A stretch of DNA of 64,000 bases from a virus (lineage: Duplodnaviria > Caudoviricetes). The stretch is taken from IMG/VR virus record IMGVR_UViG_3300031784_000003, one strand, 5' to 3'. Below the pieces are notes generated by a model. The model was not told where the DNA came from, ran no database searches, and was given only the letters and a program-made list of their open reading frames with translations. Numbering within the stretch: position 1 is the stretch's first letter; every line of letters begins with the position of its first letter. A program made the position numbers and the translations under genes. Shown one piece after another: positions 20,191 to 30,884 of the stretch.

Positions 20191-20763
20191 ATGGAAACTT
20201 CAATCGTAACACAAAATGTAAGAGAGTACAAAGGGAACAATAATTTCATCCTTTCTTTACAAAATGGGCTTAATAAATACGGTTCATTAACATCTAGACA
20301 ATTAGAGGCAGCAACAAATTTCTTCTCTAAATTCACTAAAGAGGAAAAAAAGGAATTTTCTGAAAAACAAGTTAATGTTAATCTTAAAGTTAGTAAGTTT
20401 ATTGCTAAAAGAATTGCGAAGGAAAATAATTTAGAGTTCAATCCTTTTTTGGTTACAATTTCTAAAGTGTTAAACGAAACTCCAAAAGCTTACCAAGTTG
20501 TTGGTAGAATGAATACTTCGGATGTGACTTCTTGTAGATGTTGTGGTAAAGACTTAACTGATTGGAGATCACAAGCAACAGGTGTGGGTCCTGTTTGTTC
20601 TAAATATCTTAAAATACCTTATGTTAAAAATCAGGAGGATGTTGCAGTATTTAAAAAGATGCTTAAACTCAAAATAGAAGAGATAGGTGATTTAACCTTT
20701 TGGGTACCTAAATCTCAAATAGTAGAAGGTTTAAATGAATTATCATCCCAAACTTCTAAATAA
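20191..20763 (+). CDS. DUF6011-like zinc-finger protein
   Basis: CRCCGKDLTDWRSQATGVGPVC. Confidence 0.65.
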   Translation: METSIVTQNVREYKGNNNFILSLQNGLNKYGSLTSRQLEAATNFFSKFTKEEKKEFSEKQVNVNLKVSKFIAKRIAKENNLEFNPFLVTISKVLNETPKAYQVVGRMNTSDVTSCRCCGKDLTDWRSQATGVGPVCSKYLKIPYVKNQEDVAVFKKMLKLKIEEIGDLTFWVPKSQIVEGLNELSSQTSK

Positions 20764-20793
20764 AAAAAAACCCTCATTAGAGGGTTTTTTTAT
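20764..20793. terminator. Bidirectional intrinsic terminator
   Basis: AAAAAACCCTC-ATTA-GAGGGTTTTTT between convergent genes. Confidence 0.85.
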
Positions 20794-21347
20794 TTTCTTT
20801 TAGGTAAAGGTTTTAGTGTACCTGAGAATGTGGTACCACCCACTTTAATTTGTATATCCTCAGTCATTAAAGATTTATCGAAATATTCCTCAATTACAGA
20901 TCTAACCAGATCTTCCATTTCTTCCCTAACAATTTTACGTATAGTTTTTTCATTCACACTATTACTTGTGGTTGTATGGGTATTTTCTTTAACAACAGTT
21001 TTTTTAGTATTTCTTGTTTCTACTAATTCTGAAACATCGTCCAATTCAAATGTATGAAACGGTGTCTCAGGTATATCAATTGGGTTATCTATCATTGCCT
21101 TTTTTATAAAATCAGGCATTTTTGATTTTTCTAAATTTCTGTATTTACCATTAACAGGTGAAACAGAACCAGCAGAATTTTTATGTTTATTAATAAAGTT
21201 TTCGGTTAAATTAGGTATTTCTTTTTCTTCATCACCATAATCAAAACTTTGTTTACCATTCGATGTATTTCCGTAGTTTTCTTCTGTGGCTTGCATAACC
21301 GCCTTTGATCTACTTAAAATTTCTGTTAATCTATTTACATTACTCAT
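20790..21347 (-). CDS. Hypothetical protein (possible head-associated)
   Basis: ORF track; likely start MSNVNRLTE; C-terminal IRKIVREE and LMTE motifs. Confidence 0.6.
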   Translation of the reverse strand: MSNVNRLTEILSRSKAVMQATEENYGNTSNGKQSFDYGDEEKEIPNLTENFINKHKNSAGSVSPVNGKYRNLEKSKMPDFIKKAMIDNPIDIPETPFHTFELDDVSELVETRNTKKTVVKENTHTTTSNSVNEKTIRKIVREEMEDLVRSVIEEYFDKSLMTEDIQIKVGGTTFSGTLKPLPKRK

Positions 21348-21717
21348 TATTATCAAATTTTAAAATCTTATATATCTGTATCATATCTTTGTCACCACTA
21401 GGGTTAAATAATTTTCTAGGTTCATTAAATTTACCACCCAACATTTTTAAATTATCCATTCTATCTACCCTAAAAGTCTTCCACCCAGGTTGAATTGTTT
21501 TAGTGTCTCCACCTATTTGATATACTCTAACTATATCATTTCCTGCCTTAGATATTCCATAACAATATATCTCAACCCACCTTATATTCTTACCTCCAGG
21601 ATCTTCTCCGTCATCGTAATATACAGATGCCAAACGCTTACCATCCATTATTTTCATAATAGAATTTTTGTTTGCTACTTCAAATATAAGTCCTTCAGCT
21701 AAATTGTAAAGTTTCAT
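21340..21717 (-). CDS. WYL-like (SH3-fold) domain protein with MK..LIFE leader
   Basis: SVYY, RWVEIY, RVYQ, GWKTFRVDRM pattern of WYL domains. Confidence 0.6.
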   Translation of the reverse strand: MKLYNLAEGLIFEVANKNSIMKIMDGKRLASVYYDDGEDPGGKNIRWVEIYCYGISKAGNDIVRVYQIGGDTKTIQPGWKTFRVDRMDNLKMLGGKFNEPRKLFNPSGDKDMIQIYKILKFDNNE

Positions 21718-21725
21718 TATTAATT

Positions 21726-22070
21726 TTATTGATTAGTATTTAAAATATAATTAGGGTAGTAAGGTTTACTTGGACCATAACCATTAGGACCTGTTGTACT
21801 ACCATACTTAGATTCATTTCTAGCAATCAAAGACTTTCTACCACTACCAGGATAATCAGGTGAACCATTAATATCGACATCTGTACCACCATTAATACTA
21901 TCTAATTGATCACTATTACTTCCAGTACCCCTACCTTTTCCATCACCATCTGATAATGCATTAGGGTGAGTTGCCCCATATTTTTTACCTTCACTATCGA
22001 TATAGGTATTTTTAATCACGTTTTCAACTCTAAACTGATCACCTAATTCCATTAATTTAGTCTTTTCCAT
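21726..22070 (-). CDS. Hypothetical Gly/Asp/Asn-rich protein
   Basis: ORF track; co-directional operon. Confidence 0.6.
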   Translation of the reverse strand: MEKTKLMELGDQFRVENVIKNTYIDSEGKKYGATHPNALSDGDGKGRGTGSNSDQLDSINGGTDVDINGSPDYPGSGRKSLIARNESKYGSTTGPNGYGPSKPYYPNYILNTNQ

Positions 22071-22074
22071 AATT

Positions 22075-22623
22075 TTATATTTTAGATTCGTATATTATTA
22101 ATTTTTGTATTCTTAATATTTCTTCATAAACTGGTTTACCTCTCATTACTTGACCACTAATGTCCTTACTAATTTTAGGTATTTTTATTTTTAAAGATTG
22201 TTTATTAATTTTATTATTATCTTTTTCGTGTTGTTTTATAAATTGATTTGCTAAACCTGTTTCACTTTTTATCTTTTTAGGTGCTTTAATAGATTCAGTT
22301 TCTTTTTTAAGTGTTGACTCTACCCAGTTATTCATAGTTTTACCACCATTTAATCTGTATTCGATATCGTCATGTTTACCTTCATAATTATCAAACCAAT
22401 TTTTTATTCTTTTCATTTGTTTATATTCTATTTTTTTATTTTCTAGAATACCTTTAGCCCTTTTATATCCCTCAGTTGGTTTATTATTTGCAATATCTTC
22501 TTTTTTTAAAGTTTCATAAGTTTTTACTGCATTACCAATAGCGTTCAACACATAATTAGGGCAATTATAATATTTCCCATGTAATTTACTATTACCCCCT
22601 TTATTTTTCTTCCTGTTCGCCAT
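22075..22623 (-). CDS. Hypothetical basic protein
   Basis: ORF track; C-terminal VYEEILRIQKLI motif. Confidence 0.6.
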   Translation of the reverse strand: MANRKKNKGGNSKLHGKYYNCPNYVLNAIGNAVKTYETLKKEDIANNKPTEGYKRAKGILENKKIEYKQMKRIKNWFDNYEGKHDDIEYRLNGGKTMNNWVESTLKKETESIKAPKKIKSETGLANQFIKQHEKDNNKINKQSLKIKIPKISKDISGQVMRGKPVYEEILRIQKLIIYESKI

Positions 22624-23437
22624 ATTTTATTTTATCACCTATAATTTCTCTATGTTCTTCTGATATTGAATTAACATCTAAATTATCAATTAAGAAATTT
22701 AAAAGAATTGATAACTCATCACCTTTCAAATTTTCTTTATGTATTAAATCCAATAAACTATTAATTTTTCTTATAACTATTGGTTTTTCGTGTACATCCT
22801 TCAATTCAGTAATATCAGGTATAGAAATCTTATCCACCATAATATCTACCTCACCTATCCTTTTAACAAAATCTTTTGAGTCATCTCTTTTACTTCTAAT
22901 AATTTCATCCACTAAAGACTTCATAGAATTTTCATTTTCTGAAAGATCAATATCAAAAGTTGTATCATAAGGTAGTTTATATCCTCTCCATTCTTCTGAA
23001 GGTAAATGATCATAAATTGGATCAGATGGTTTATAATAATGTTTACTAATATCTTTATCTGCCATCATCTTAGCCTCTCTGTTTTTTCTATCTCTATCGT
23101 CTCTACTATATTTTTTAGAAGGGACTACATCCAATTTATCATATAATTCATCGTCTACATTTAACATTTCTTCTTCCTCATTAACGACATAGGAATAATT
23201 AACACCGTAATAAGGTCCACCATATATAAAGTATGCCTCAGGTCCTTGAGTAGAACTTCTAACATAATCATCGGTAGTTTTTTTAGACTTTATAAAATTT
23301 CTATTTTGTTTATAGTTATTGTTACGATTTATAAGAGCCCCATTAGTCCCTATTAGTTCATTAATTTGGACTTCCTCAACAATATTTTTTTTAGTTAAAT
23401 ATTTATTAATATCAGACTTTTTAAATGTTTTACTCAT
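22601..23437 (-). CDS. Hypothetical protein
   Basis: ORF track; preceded by ATATTTAT motif on minus strand. Confidence 0.6.
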   Translation of the reverse strand: MSKTFKKSDINKYLTKKNIVEEVQINELIGTNGALINRNNNYKQNRNFIKSKKTTDDYVRSSTQGPEAYFIYGGPYYGVNYSYVVNEEEEMLNVDDELYDKLDVVPSKKYSRDDRDRKNREAKMMADKDISKHYYKPSDPIYDHLPSEEWRGYKLPYDTTFDIDLSENENSMKSLVDEIIRSKRDDSKDFVKRIGEVDIMVDKISIPDITELKDVHEKPIVIRKINSLLDLIHKENLKGDELSILLNFLIDNLDVNSISEEHREIIGDKIKYGEQEEK

Positions 23438-23496
23438 AATAAAGTTTTTTTATATAAATATATCGTAATTCTAAATATTTATTTTAAAATAAAGTT

Positions 23497-26397
23497 ATGC
23501 CAATAAATAAATTTACAACATTATTAGATCTTTCTAGACAAGCCAAAATATTGACAGGTGAAACTGCCACTTTTGATGGTAAAATATCTTCAGGAATACC
23601 ATTTAGCGGATACCCTACAGGCGTAGATACTGCAACAACAGTTTCTTTAGGTGTAATATCCACACAAACTGCAGTATTTAGTGGAGGGACAGGTACAACT
23701 GTGTTTGATGTTTCAAACATATATTCACCTTATTATAACCCTTCATTTGATGCATTTAGTGCAGATACTTGGTCAAACCCATTATTTTCGGCAAATACAT
23801 CAGGTTTAACTTTACCAATTACTATTTTACTTACAGGTCCAGATGTACAAATAGTTGGACCGTTTTGGACTTTAACACAAACGGGATATACTGGAGAATA
23901 TATTATCGGAACTCAATATACAGGTTATTCTGTCACATATTCTTTTAATAGCGTTACAACAATTTCTTCGACAGATACAATTAGTGGATTTACTACGGCA
24001 TCACAAGAGATTTTTTCTGCAGGAACTTTAGATTATAAAGGTCCGTTAGATTATTTATATACGTCAGAGGATGCAACCATAAAAGGTAGATTAACCACAA
24101 ATAAATTAACTATAGAGAATGGTGCTAGTTCAGCCACCACAAATTATCTATTAACACAAGTTGATGATAGTGGTAAAGCTGGGTGGGCATCTCCATCATC
24201 ATTACTTTCGGGAATAACTACATTGGATTATGTGTTAACAAATGGTAATACTACAGGATCTAATTGGATTGTAGTTGATAGTGGTTACGGATTAAATTCT
24301 CAAAGTAGTTCATTTTATTCTCAGGTTGGAGTTTCTCCAACAATCATAAATATATACACTGGTGATGATTTCGCAACCGCAAGTAAATGGTCTAGAATAA
24401 GTGCAGAATCATTTACACCAACACCAAGAGCTGACATAACAACAAATGATGGTGTTAGTCAAACTAATTTAGGGGTAACAAAAGATAATATACTCGTTCA
24501 AGGAGATGATCCTGGATTTAGTGGTATAGAATATTTTGCTGATTACTCAACAAACTATACAAACAGAAGTTTAGTAGATAAAGAATATGTTGATCTTAAT
24601 TCAGGTTCGGATTTTACTGGGGGTACGGTAACGGGTACAACAACATTTACAAATGGTTTAAGTGCAAATACAATATCTGCAACAACAATAGGGTCATCAG
24701 GTGATTGTGTGGATGACATTTATGTTTCAAACATTCATTCTTGTTCACCTTTAAATATAAACCCACTCGATGAAGGAAATATTTATTTTGGTTCTTCTAG
24801 TGGTATCACAATTGACTTAACAAACAAAAGAGTTGGTATTGGGACAAATAACCCTCAATACCCATTAGAAATTAGTGGGGCAACAAATGAGAGGTTTTAT
24901 TTTTCTCCATCATCCATCGCTCCTACAATATCATTAGTTTCAGACGTAACAAATCAATTAACTCAATTCGTGATAGGTCAAACAGTATCGAGCATTGGAG
25001 TATCAATGGGTGTAAGAGGTTCAACTGAACCAACATTTTCTACTTATGGAAAACAGGGTGATTCATTTATTAGGGCAGGAGACTTTTCAAATGGATTGAA
25101 TATCATAGAAGGTCCAAACGGAACTAAAGAAAATTATATTAGATTTTATGCTGGACAAACCGCAGATCCATCAAACATACCTGATATACATATTCAGGGG
25201 TCAGGGACAACAAGAGGTTATATAGGTGTACGAACCTATTCGCCAGAATATTTAATTGATGTTAATGGTAATAGTACCAGACTTCTTTTGGTAGATACCT
25301 ACACTGGTGCGGACGCACCCTTCAAAGGTTTTGTATTCTCTGGTAATAGTAATAACGTACCACAAATAGTTGTCTCAACTAGTAATATTAGTGGTGGTAA
25401 TGGGTTGGGTTTACAAATGGGTGTTTTGGGTAATAATATAACACCAACAAGTAGTACACAATTGCTTGGTACTTTGGGTGATACATATTTAAGTTCAAAC
25501 GCACAGACAAACAACTTTAATATCCTTAATAGAAATGGTGGTAGTGGTACTAACCACATAAGAATGTATGCTGGTGTGAATAGTGTTACTGCAGCACCAA
25601 ATTCAGATTTCCATATTCAAGGTGATGGGGTAACAAGAGGTTACATTGGTATAAATACAGATACTCCAATAGAAAGAATACACGTAGTTAGTACATTATC
25701 TAGTAAAATTAGATTAGATGCTGATATTAATAATACAGATGAAACCGCTACTGCTGAAATATTATTAACTCAAGATGGTTATGGTAGTACTGCAAATATT
25801 GGTATTTCTGCAGATGTTAATAATGATTTATTGATTGGTGTAAACTCTGGTGGTGGTACAACTCCAGATATTAGATTTAACACTCGTTCTGATGGTACAG
25901 TTTTTACTACGAGTGCCGACACAAAAATGATATTAAAAAATGATGGTAAATTAGGTATTAATACAGAAAACCCTTCTGAAATATTAGATGTTAGTGGTAA
26001 AACAAAAACTATAGAATTCCAAATGACATCTGGTGCAACCGCAGGATATGTTTTAACTTCAGACGCTAGTGGTAATGCTAGTTGGCAATCAGTTTCTGGT
26101 GGTACAGGTGGTGTTCCTGAGGCAACTACCGCAACTACAACCACAATAAATTTTACAGGACAAACTATATATTATAATGCAACTACACCAGGTACTGGTA
26201 ACATATCACAAAACTTAACTGGGGCTAAGTTAGGGTTAATCCAAAAAATATATCATAATGATGTGGCAGAACCTACCTACCCTGCTGGTTGGGTTTTAAT
26301 GGGTGATGCAATATACTTCACATCTACCTTAAATATAATATATGCTGAATGGGCTACTGGTTCTAGAGTAGAATATTGGTATGTTCAAGAACAATAA
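23497..26397 (+). CDS. Tail fibre/virion adhesin-like protein
   Basis: 966 aa, Thr/Ser/Gly-rich; GGTVTG..FTNGLSANTISAT shaft motif; repeated VGIGT/IGINT..P beta-helix spacers. Confidence 0.7.
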   Translation: MPINKFTTLLDLSRQAKILTGETATFDGKISSGIPFSGYPTGVDTATTVSLGVISTQTAVFSGGTGTTVFDVSNIYSPYYNPSFDAFSADTWSNPLFSANTSGLTLPITILLTGPDVQIVGPFWTLTQTGYTGEYIIGTQYTGYSVTYSFNSVTTISSTDTISGFTTASQEIFSAGTLDYKGPLDYLYTSEDATIKGRLTTNKLTIENGASSATTNYLLTQVDDSGKAGWASPSSLLSGITTLDYVLTNGNTTGSNWIVVDSGYGLNSQSSSFYSQVGVSPTIINIYTGDDFATASKWSRISAESFTPTPRADITTNDGVSQTNLGVTKDNILVQGDDPGFSGIEYFADYSTNYTNRSLVDKEYVDLNSGSDFTGGTVTGTTTFTNGLSANTISATTIGSSGDCVDDIYVSNIHSCSPLNINPLDEGNIYFGSSSGITIDLTNKRVGIGTNNPQYPLEISGATNERFYFSPSSIAPTISLVSDVTNQLTQFVIGQTVSSIGVSMGVRGSTEPTFSTYGKQGDSFIRAGDFSNGLNIIEGPNGTKENYIRFYAGQTADPSNIPDIHIQGSGTTRGYIGVRTYSPEYLIDVNGNSTRLLLVDTYTGADAPFKGFVFSGNSNNVPQIVVSTSNISGGNGLGLQMGVLGNNITPTSSTQLLGTLGDTYLSSNAQTNNFNILNRNGGSGTNHIRMYAGVNSVTAAPNSDFHIQGDGVTRGYIGINTDTPIERIHVVSTLSSKIRLDADINNTDETATAEILLTQDGYGSTANIGISADVNNDLLIGVNSGGGTTPDIRFNTRSDGTVFTTSADTKMILKNDGKLGINTENPSEILDVSGKTKTIEFQMTSGATAGYVLTSDASGNASWQSVSGGTGGVPEATTATTTTINFTGQTIYYNATTPGTGNISQNLTGAKLGLIQKIYHNDVAEPTYPAGWVLMGDAIYFTSTLNIIYAEWATGSRVEYWYVQEQ

Positions 26398-26403
26398 TTT
26401 TTT

Positions 26404-28542
26404 ATGAGAAACAATGTACAAAAATATTATCCTTTTGAAATAAAAGTAAATACGAATATTGCTGGGTCTAGTGGTATTGGTAAATTTAAATTGGGTGTTA
26501 CTTCTTCGTCTGTACCAAAATATAGGTATTATGTTGATTGGGGTGACGGTAATTTAAGTGCCTCCACATTATCAACACCGTTAACTCATACTTATTCATC
26601 AGTTGGTGTATATAACGTTAAAGTTTATGGTCGTTTTGATAGTATATTTTTTAATGGTGATTTAGATGGGCAAAAAGTTTTAGAAGTTATAAGTTGGGGA
26701 AATATTAAATGGAGATCATTTTCGTCAAGTTTTTTTGGTTGTCCTAATTTATCTGCCATGACATCCACACCACCCATTTTAGAAAAAATAAATACTATCC
26801 CTTATTTTAATCAAGTGTTTAAAGATGCATCAAACTTTAATTCAGATATAGGTTCATGGGATGTTTCGAAAATTATCACTACAGGAAGTATGTTTTGGAA
26901 CGCAGCAAGTTTTAACAACGGAGGATCTCCATCCATATCTGGTTGGTCAACATCTAATATTGCTTTTATGTCAAACATGTTTACCAATGCATCTTCATTT
27001 AATCAACCTATAGGTTCGTGGGATGTTTCTAACGTTGTTGATATGCAACAATTGTTTAATGGCGCATCTTCATTTAATCAACCTATTGGTTCGTGGGATG
27101 TTTCTAATGTTACTGATATGGTAGCTATGTTTAGTAATGCAACTACATTTAATCAACCTATAGGTTCATGGAATGTTTCTGGTGTTACAAATATGGGAGG
27201 TATGTTTGGTAATGCATTTGCATTTAATCAACCCATAGGTTCATGGAATGTTTCTAATGTTACTACTATGGTAGGTATGTTTAGTAATGCAACTACATTT
27301 AATCAACCTATTGGTTCATGGGATGTTTCTAATGTTACTAATATGGATGCTATGTTTGGTACCGCAACTGCATTTAATCAAAATATTAATTCATGGGATG
27401 TTTCTAATGTTACTACTATGTCTAATATGTTTGGTAATGCATTTGCATTTAATGAACCCATAGGTTCGTGGGATGTTTCTAATGTTACTACTATGTCAGG
27501 TATGTTTTTTGCCGCTATAACATTTAATCAACCTATAGGTTCGTGGAATGTATCAGGTGTTACTAATATGGGAGCTATGTTTAGTAATGCTTATGCATTT
27601 AATCAAAATATTAATTCATGGGATGTTTCTAATGTTACTAATACACAACAAATGTTTCAAGGTGCAACCGCATTTAATGAACCCATAGGTTCGTGGGATG
27701 TTTCTAATGTCACTAATATGTCTCTGATGTTTAATAGTGCTATAGTATTTAATCAAAATATTAATTCATGGGATGTTTCTAATGTTAATACTATGCAACA
27801 AATGTTTAATGATGCAACTACATTTAATCAACCTATAGGTTCGTGGAATGTATCAGGTGTTACTAATATGTCATATATGTTTGCTTCTGCAAATGCATTT
27901 AATCAAAATATTAATTCATGGGATGTTTCTAATGTTAGTTTTATGTCAAATATGTTTACGAATGCAATTACATTTAATCAACCTATTGGTTCATGGGATG
28001 TTTCTAATGTTACTACTATGGCATATATGTTTAGTAATGCGACCTCATTTAATCAACCTATAGGTTCATGGAATGTATCAGGTGTTACTAATATGGGTTT
28101 AATGTTTTATTCTGCACAATCATTTAATCAACCTATTGGTTCATGGGATGTTTCTAGTGTTACTAATATGCAATATATGTTTGCTGGTTCATTATTATTT
28201 AATCAACCTATAGGTTCGTGGAATGTATCAGGTGTTACTAATATGTCATACATGTTTGAAAATGCAACCTCATTTAATCAACCTATAGGTTCATGGGATG
28301 TTTCTAATGTTACTAATATGAGTAGTATGTTGAATATGTCTAATATTAGTGTTACCAATTATAATGATATTTTAACTGGATGGACAGGATGGAATGGAAT
28401 TACTGCAACTAAAACAGTTAAACCAAACGTAGTTTTTGGTGCACAAGGAAAAAATTATTCTGCAGGTAGTGCAGCCGCAGACGCAAGAAACTATTTAATA
28501 ACAGTTAAGGGGTGGACAATAACAGACGCTGGAGGAATATAA
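26404..28542 (+). CDS. BspA-like/DUF285 repeat surface protein with N-terminal PKD-like domain
   Basis: [15 protein letters not shown] (PKD-like), then about 20 x 25-aa [19 protein letters not shown].. repeats. Confidence 0.9.
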   Translation: MRNNVQKYYPFEIKVNTNIAGSSGIGKFKLGVTSSSVPKYRYYVDWGDGNLSASTLSTPLTHTYSSVGVYNVKVYGRFDSIFFNGDLDGQKVLEVISWGNIKWRSFSSSFFGCPNLSAMTSTPPILEKINTIPYFNQVFKDASNFNSDIGSWDVSKIITTGSMFWNAASFNNGGSPSISGWSTSNIAFMSNMFTNASSFNQPIGSWDVSNVVDMQQLFNGASSFNQPIGSWDVSNVTDMVAMFSNATTFNQPIGSWNVSGVTNMGGMFGNAFAFNQPIGSWNVSNVTTMVGMFSNATTFNQPIGSWDVSNVTNMDAMFGTATAFNQNINSWDVSNVTTMSNMFGNAFAFNEPIGSWDVSNVTTMSGMFFAAITFNQPIGSWNVSGVTNMGAMFSNAYAFNQNINSWDVSNVTNTQQMFQGATAFNEPIGSWDVSNVTNMSLMFNSAIVFNQNINSWDVSNVNTMQQMFNDATTFNQPIGSWNVSGVTNMSYMFASANAFNQNINSWDVSNVSFMSNMFTNAITFNQPIGSWDVSNVTTMAYMFSNATSFNQPIGSWNVSGVTNMGLMFYSAQSFNQPIGSWDVSSVTNMQYMFAGSLLFNQPIGSWNVSGVTNMSYMFENATSFNQPIGSWDVSNVTNMSSMLNMSNISVTNYNDILTGWTGWNGITATKTVKPNVVFGAQGKNYSAGSAAADARNYLITVKGWTITDAGGI
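26836..28350 (+). repeat. About 20 tandem 75-bp coding repeats (DUF285)
   Basis: Recurrent TTTAATCAACCTATAGGTTCATGGGATGTTTCTAATGTTACT core at 75-bp spacing. Confidence 0.9.
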
Positions 28543-28543
28543 T

Positions 28544-28750
28544 ATGTTAGAAATTAAAAATCATACAGAAGAAATATGGTGGATTATTAGAAAAAATGAT
28601 AATTCAGTTATACATTATGGTGTAACACCTGTGGGAATGGTTACACAATCAGGGTTAGATTTATTAGAAACGTTTACTAATGAAGAAGAACGTGATAAAA
28701 AATTATTAGATTATGGTATTACGGCAACAACTACTAACGATAATATTTAA
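28544..28750 (+). CDS. Small hypothetical protein (possible fibre-associated)
   Basis: ORF track; directly follows DUF285 gene. Confidence 0.55.
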   Translation: MLEIKNHTEEIWWIIRKNDNSVIHYGVTPVGMVTQSGLDLLETFTNEEERDKKLLDYGITATTTNDNI

Positions 28751-28794
28751 AATATTACCACCTATTAATTAATCTATAGATATTTATTATTATA

Positions 28795-30459
28795 ATGAGT
28801 AATATATACCAACATAATTTTGACAATTGTATGAAAATGAGATTAAGTAACAGTGATTACTGGGACTTATTTTTGTGTTACGATTGCGTAGATGGACAAG
28901 ATAATGATGAAATTTTAAATGAATGTATTTTAATCGATATAGATATAAATAATACTAATTCATATTCAGGAAATACTTTATATAGTTTAACAACTTGGAC
29001 AGGTGCTACAATTAATGGTAGTGGTATTACATTAAATGATATTGGGCTAACAGGTATTGACAATGGTTTGATAACATATAATTGTAATACACCCACAAGT
29101 GGACAAACTTTTTTATCTGCTTTTACAGGATCAACCTTAGCATTAACTTCCGCAGACACTAGATTTTCTATGACTAGAGTTACTGGTTGTACTTACCAAT
29201 ATCCAATCACTATAGAGACGAGTAGTCCAAAAGGTAGACACGCAAACTTATGTGGAGGATTTTATCAGGGATTTTTTAAATTGTCAGATAGAACATATTT
29301 TAAAGAGATATCAGATAATAAATTTGTTTGGCCGTTAGAATGGTTTAGATGTCCACCAGTATGTAGTGGTGAAACAATAACAGACTGTTGTGGATCAGGT
29401 AATACTAATGGAAGTAGTTCATGTATTGACCCAAATAAGGCATATCAATGTTATTTAGATTTAAAACCTGTACCATACAATTATCAAATTTTACCTGATA
29501 GATTAGGTGGTTTAAATATACCTTGTTTAGACGGTTGGACTGCAACTTTTTGGTTGAATAAAAAATCAACAAGTTGTGCAGGTAATACATTAAATAATCT
29601 TAACCCTAACAATAAAGGATTTTTCTTTTATATGGGTACTAGATCAGAAAATAAATTTTGGAATCAATTTAGTGGTGAAACAGGTTATACAACCTCATCA
29701 GGATATCCCTTACCTCCACCTATAGAATCAAAACAAGTATTAAATGATAACCCATTTTTAGTTTATACACCTAAAGGATGTGGATGTTTTTCAGGTATTA
29801 CTACTGAAATTATTTCAGAAAAAGATAGAAATTTAGACATCATAGACAACGCATTAGGATTTAGAATTAAAGATGATGGTAGTATTGGTTTTAGGAGTGT
29901 TGTATCTACAGGAGTATGTTCCGCAGTTACTGCGACTACAATAGTGGATTGTCACGAACAATGCGGATGTTGTTCTACCGCAACTACGACTTCAACAACA
30001 GTGAGTACACAATATATAACAGGTGCATCTATAAATGAATGTTATAGTGAAACTAATTTAATTACACCTGATAAATGGACACATATTGCAATAAGGTTTA
30101 AACCTTATGAACAGTATAGTGGTTGTATATTAGAAACCTTACCTAAAAGAAAAGGTCAGTTAACTGTATATGTTGATGGGTACCTTAAATGGACTTTAGA
30201 AGACTTTGACGAATTTATATTTAAAGATTTAGATGAGTATAGAGAAAAACAACAAGGTGTTCCATTTACTTATAGTTGGGGTGGTGGTACACAAGGTTTG
30301 ATAGAAAGTAATACCGTTAATGGTCCTGATTTAAAAGATAAAAATTTATTTTTACAAAATAATTTTGCAGGATCTTTTGAGGGTAAAGTATCAACATTTA
30401 AATTATATGGATGTAGTTTAGATGTTACAACAATAAGGAAAGAAATCAGTAATGGTTAA
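28795..30459 (+). CDS. Cys-rich LamG/concanavalin-like virion protein
   Basis: WTATFWL, WTHIAIRF, LTVYVDG, FEGKVSTFKLY LamG-like strands; many Cys. Confidence 0.6.
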   Translation: MSNIYQHNFDNCMKMRLSNSDYWDLFLCYDCVDGQDNDEILNECILIDIDINNTNSYSGNTLYSLTTWTGATINGSGITLNDIGLTGIDNGLITYNCNTPTSGQTFLSAFTGSTLALTSADTRFSMTRVTGCTYQYPITIETSSPKGRHANLCGGFYQGFFKLSDRTYFKEISDNKFVWPLEWFRCPPVCSGETITDCCGSGNTNGSSSCIDPNKAYQCYLDLKPVPYNYQILPDRLGGLNIPCLDGWTATFWLNKKSTSCAGNTLNNLNPNNKGFFFYMGTRSENKFWNQFSGETGYTTSSGYPLPPPIESKQVLNDNPFLVYTPKGCGCFSGITTEIISEKDRNLDIIDNALGFRIKDDGSIGFRSVVSTGVCSAVTATTIVDCHEQCGCCSTATTTSTTVSTQYITGASINECYSETNLITPDKWTHIAIRFKPYEQYSGCILETLPKRKGQLTVYVDGYLKWTLEDFDEFIFKDLDEYREKQQGVPFTYSWGGGTQGLIESNTVNGPDLKDKNLFLQNNFAGSFEGKVSTFKLYGCSLDVTTIRKEISNG

Positions 30460-30470
30460 TATTTATTAAT

Positions 30471-30839
30471 ATGGAATTTTTTATAAACAAAAATAGTACT
30501 TTACCTAAATTAAAAATGGAATTGGTAAATGATGGTAGAAATGATTTTCGTAAATTTTATGAAAAAATACAAAATGCTACAATTACATTTACTATGTATG
30601 ATGTTGAGACTAAAATTAAAAAGATATCTTGTTCTCAGGCAGAAATAGAAATGTCAGTTGCAAATGATTGTGAAAATACAGAAACACCTACTTATTATAT
30701 CACCTTTCAGTTCAGTGAAAGTCAAACTAGTAAGTCTGGTAGATATAACGGTTATTTTACTATTAATTTTTTAGATGGGACAGGAACATTAATTGCCCCT
30801 ATTAGGGATGAGTTATACATAAATGTTTTAGATAACTAA
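30471..30839 (+). CDS. Ig-like structural protein (BppU N-terminal-like)
   Basis: FFINKNSTLP, ATITFTM, GRYNGYFTINF pattern. Confidence 0.5.
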   Translation: MEFFINKNSTLPKLKMELVNDGRNDFRKFYEKIQNATITFTMYDVETKIKKISCSQAEIEMSVANDCENTETPTYYITFQFSESQTSKSGRYNGYFTINFLDGTGTLIAPIRDELYINVLDN

Positions 30840-30884
30840 CTATAAAAAATTAAATATATAATATTTATTAAAAAATATAAATAG

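Noticed and set aside
26836-28350. Possible CRISPR array (regular repeats with variable intervals)
   Set aside because: In-frame 75-bp coding repeats of a DUF285 protein; the variable parts are homologous, not unique spacers, and no cas genes are seen.
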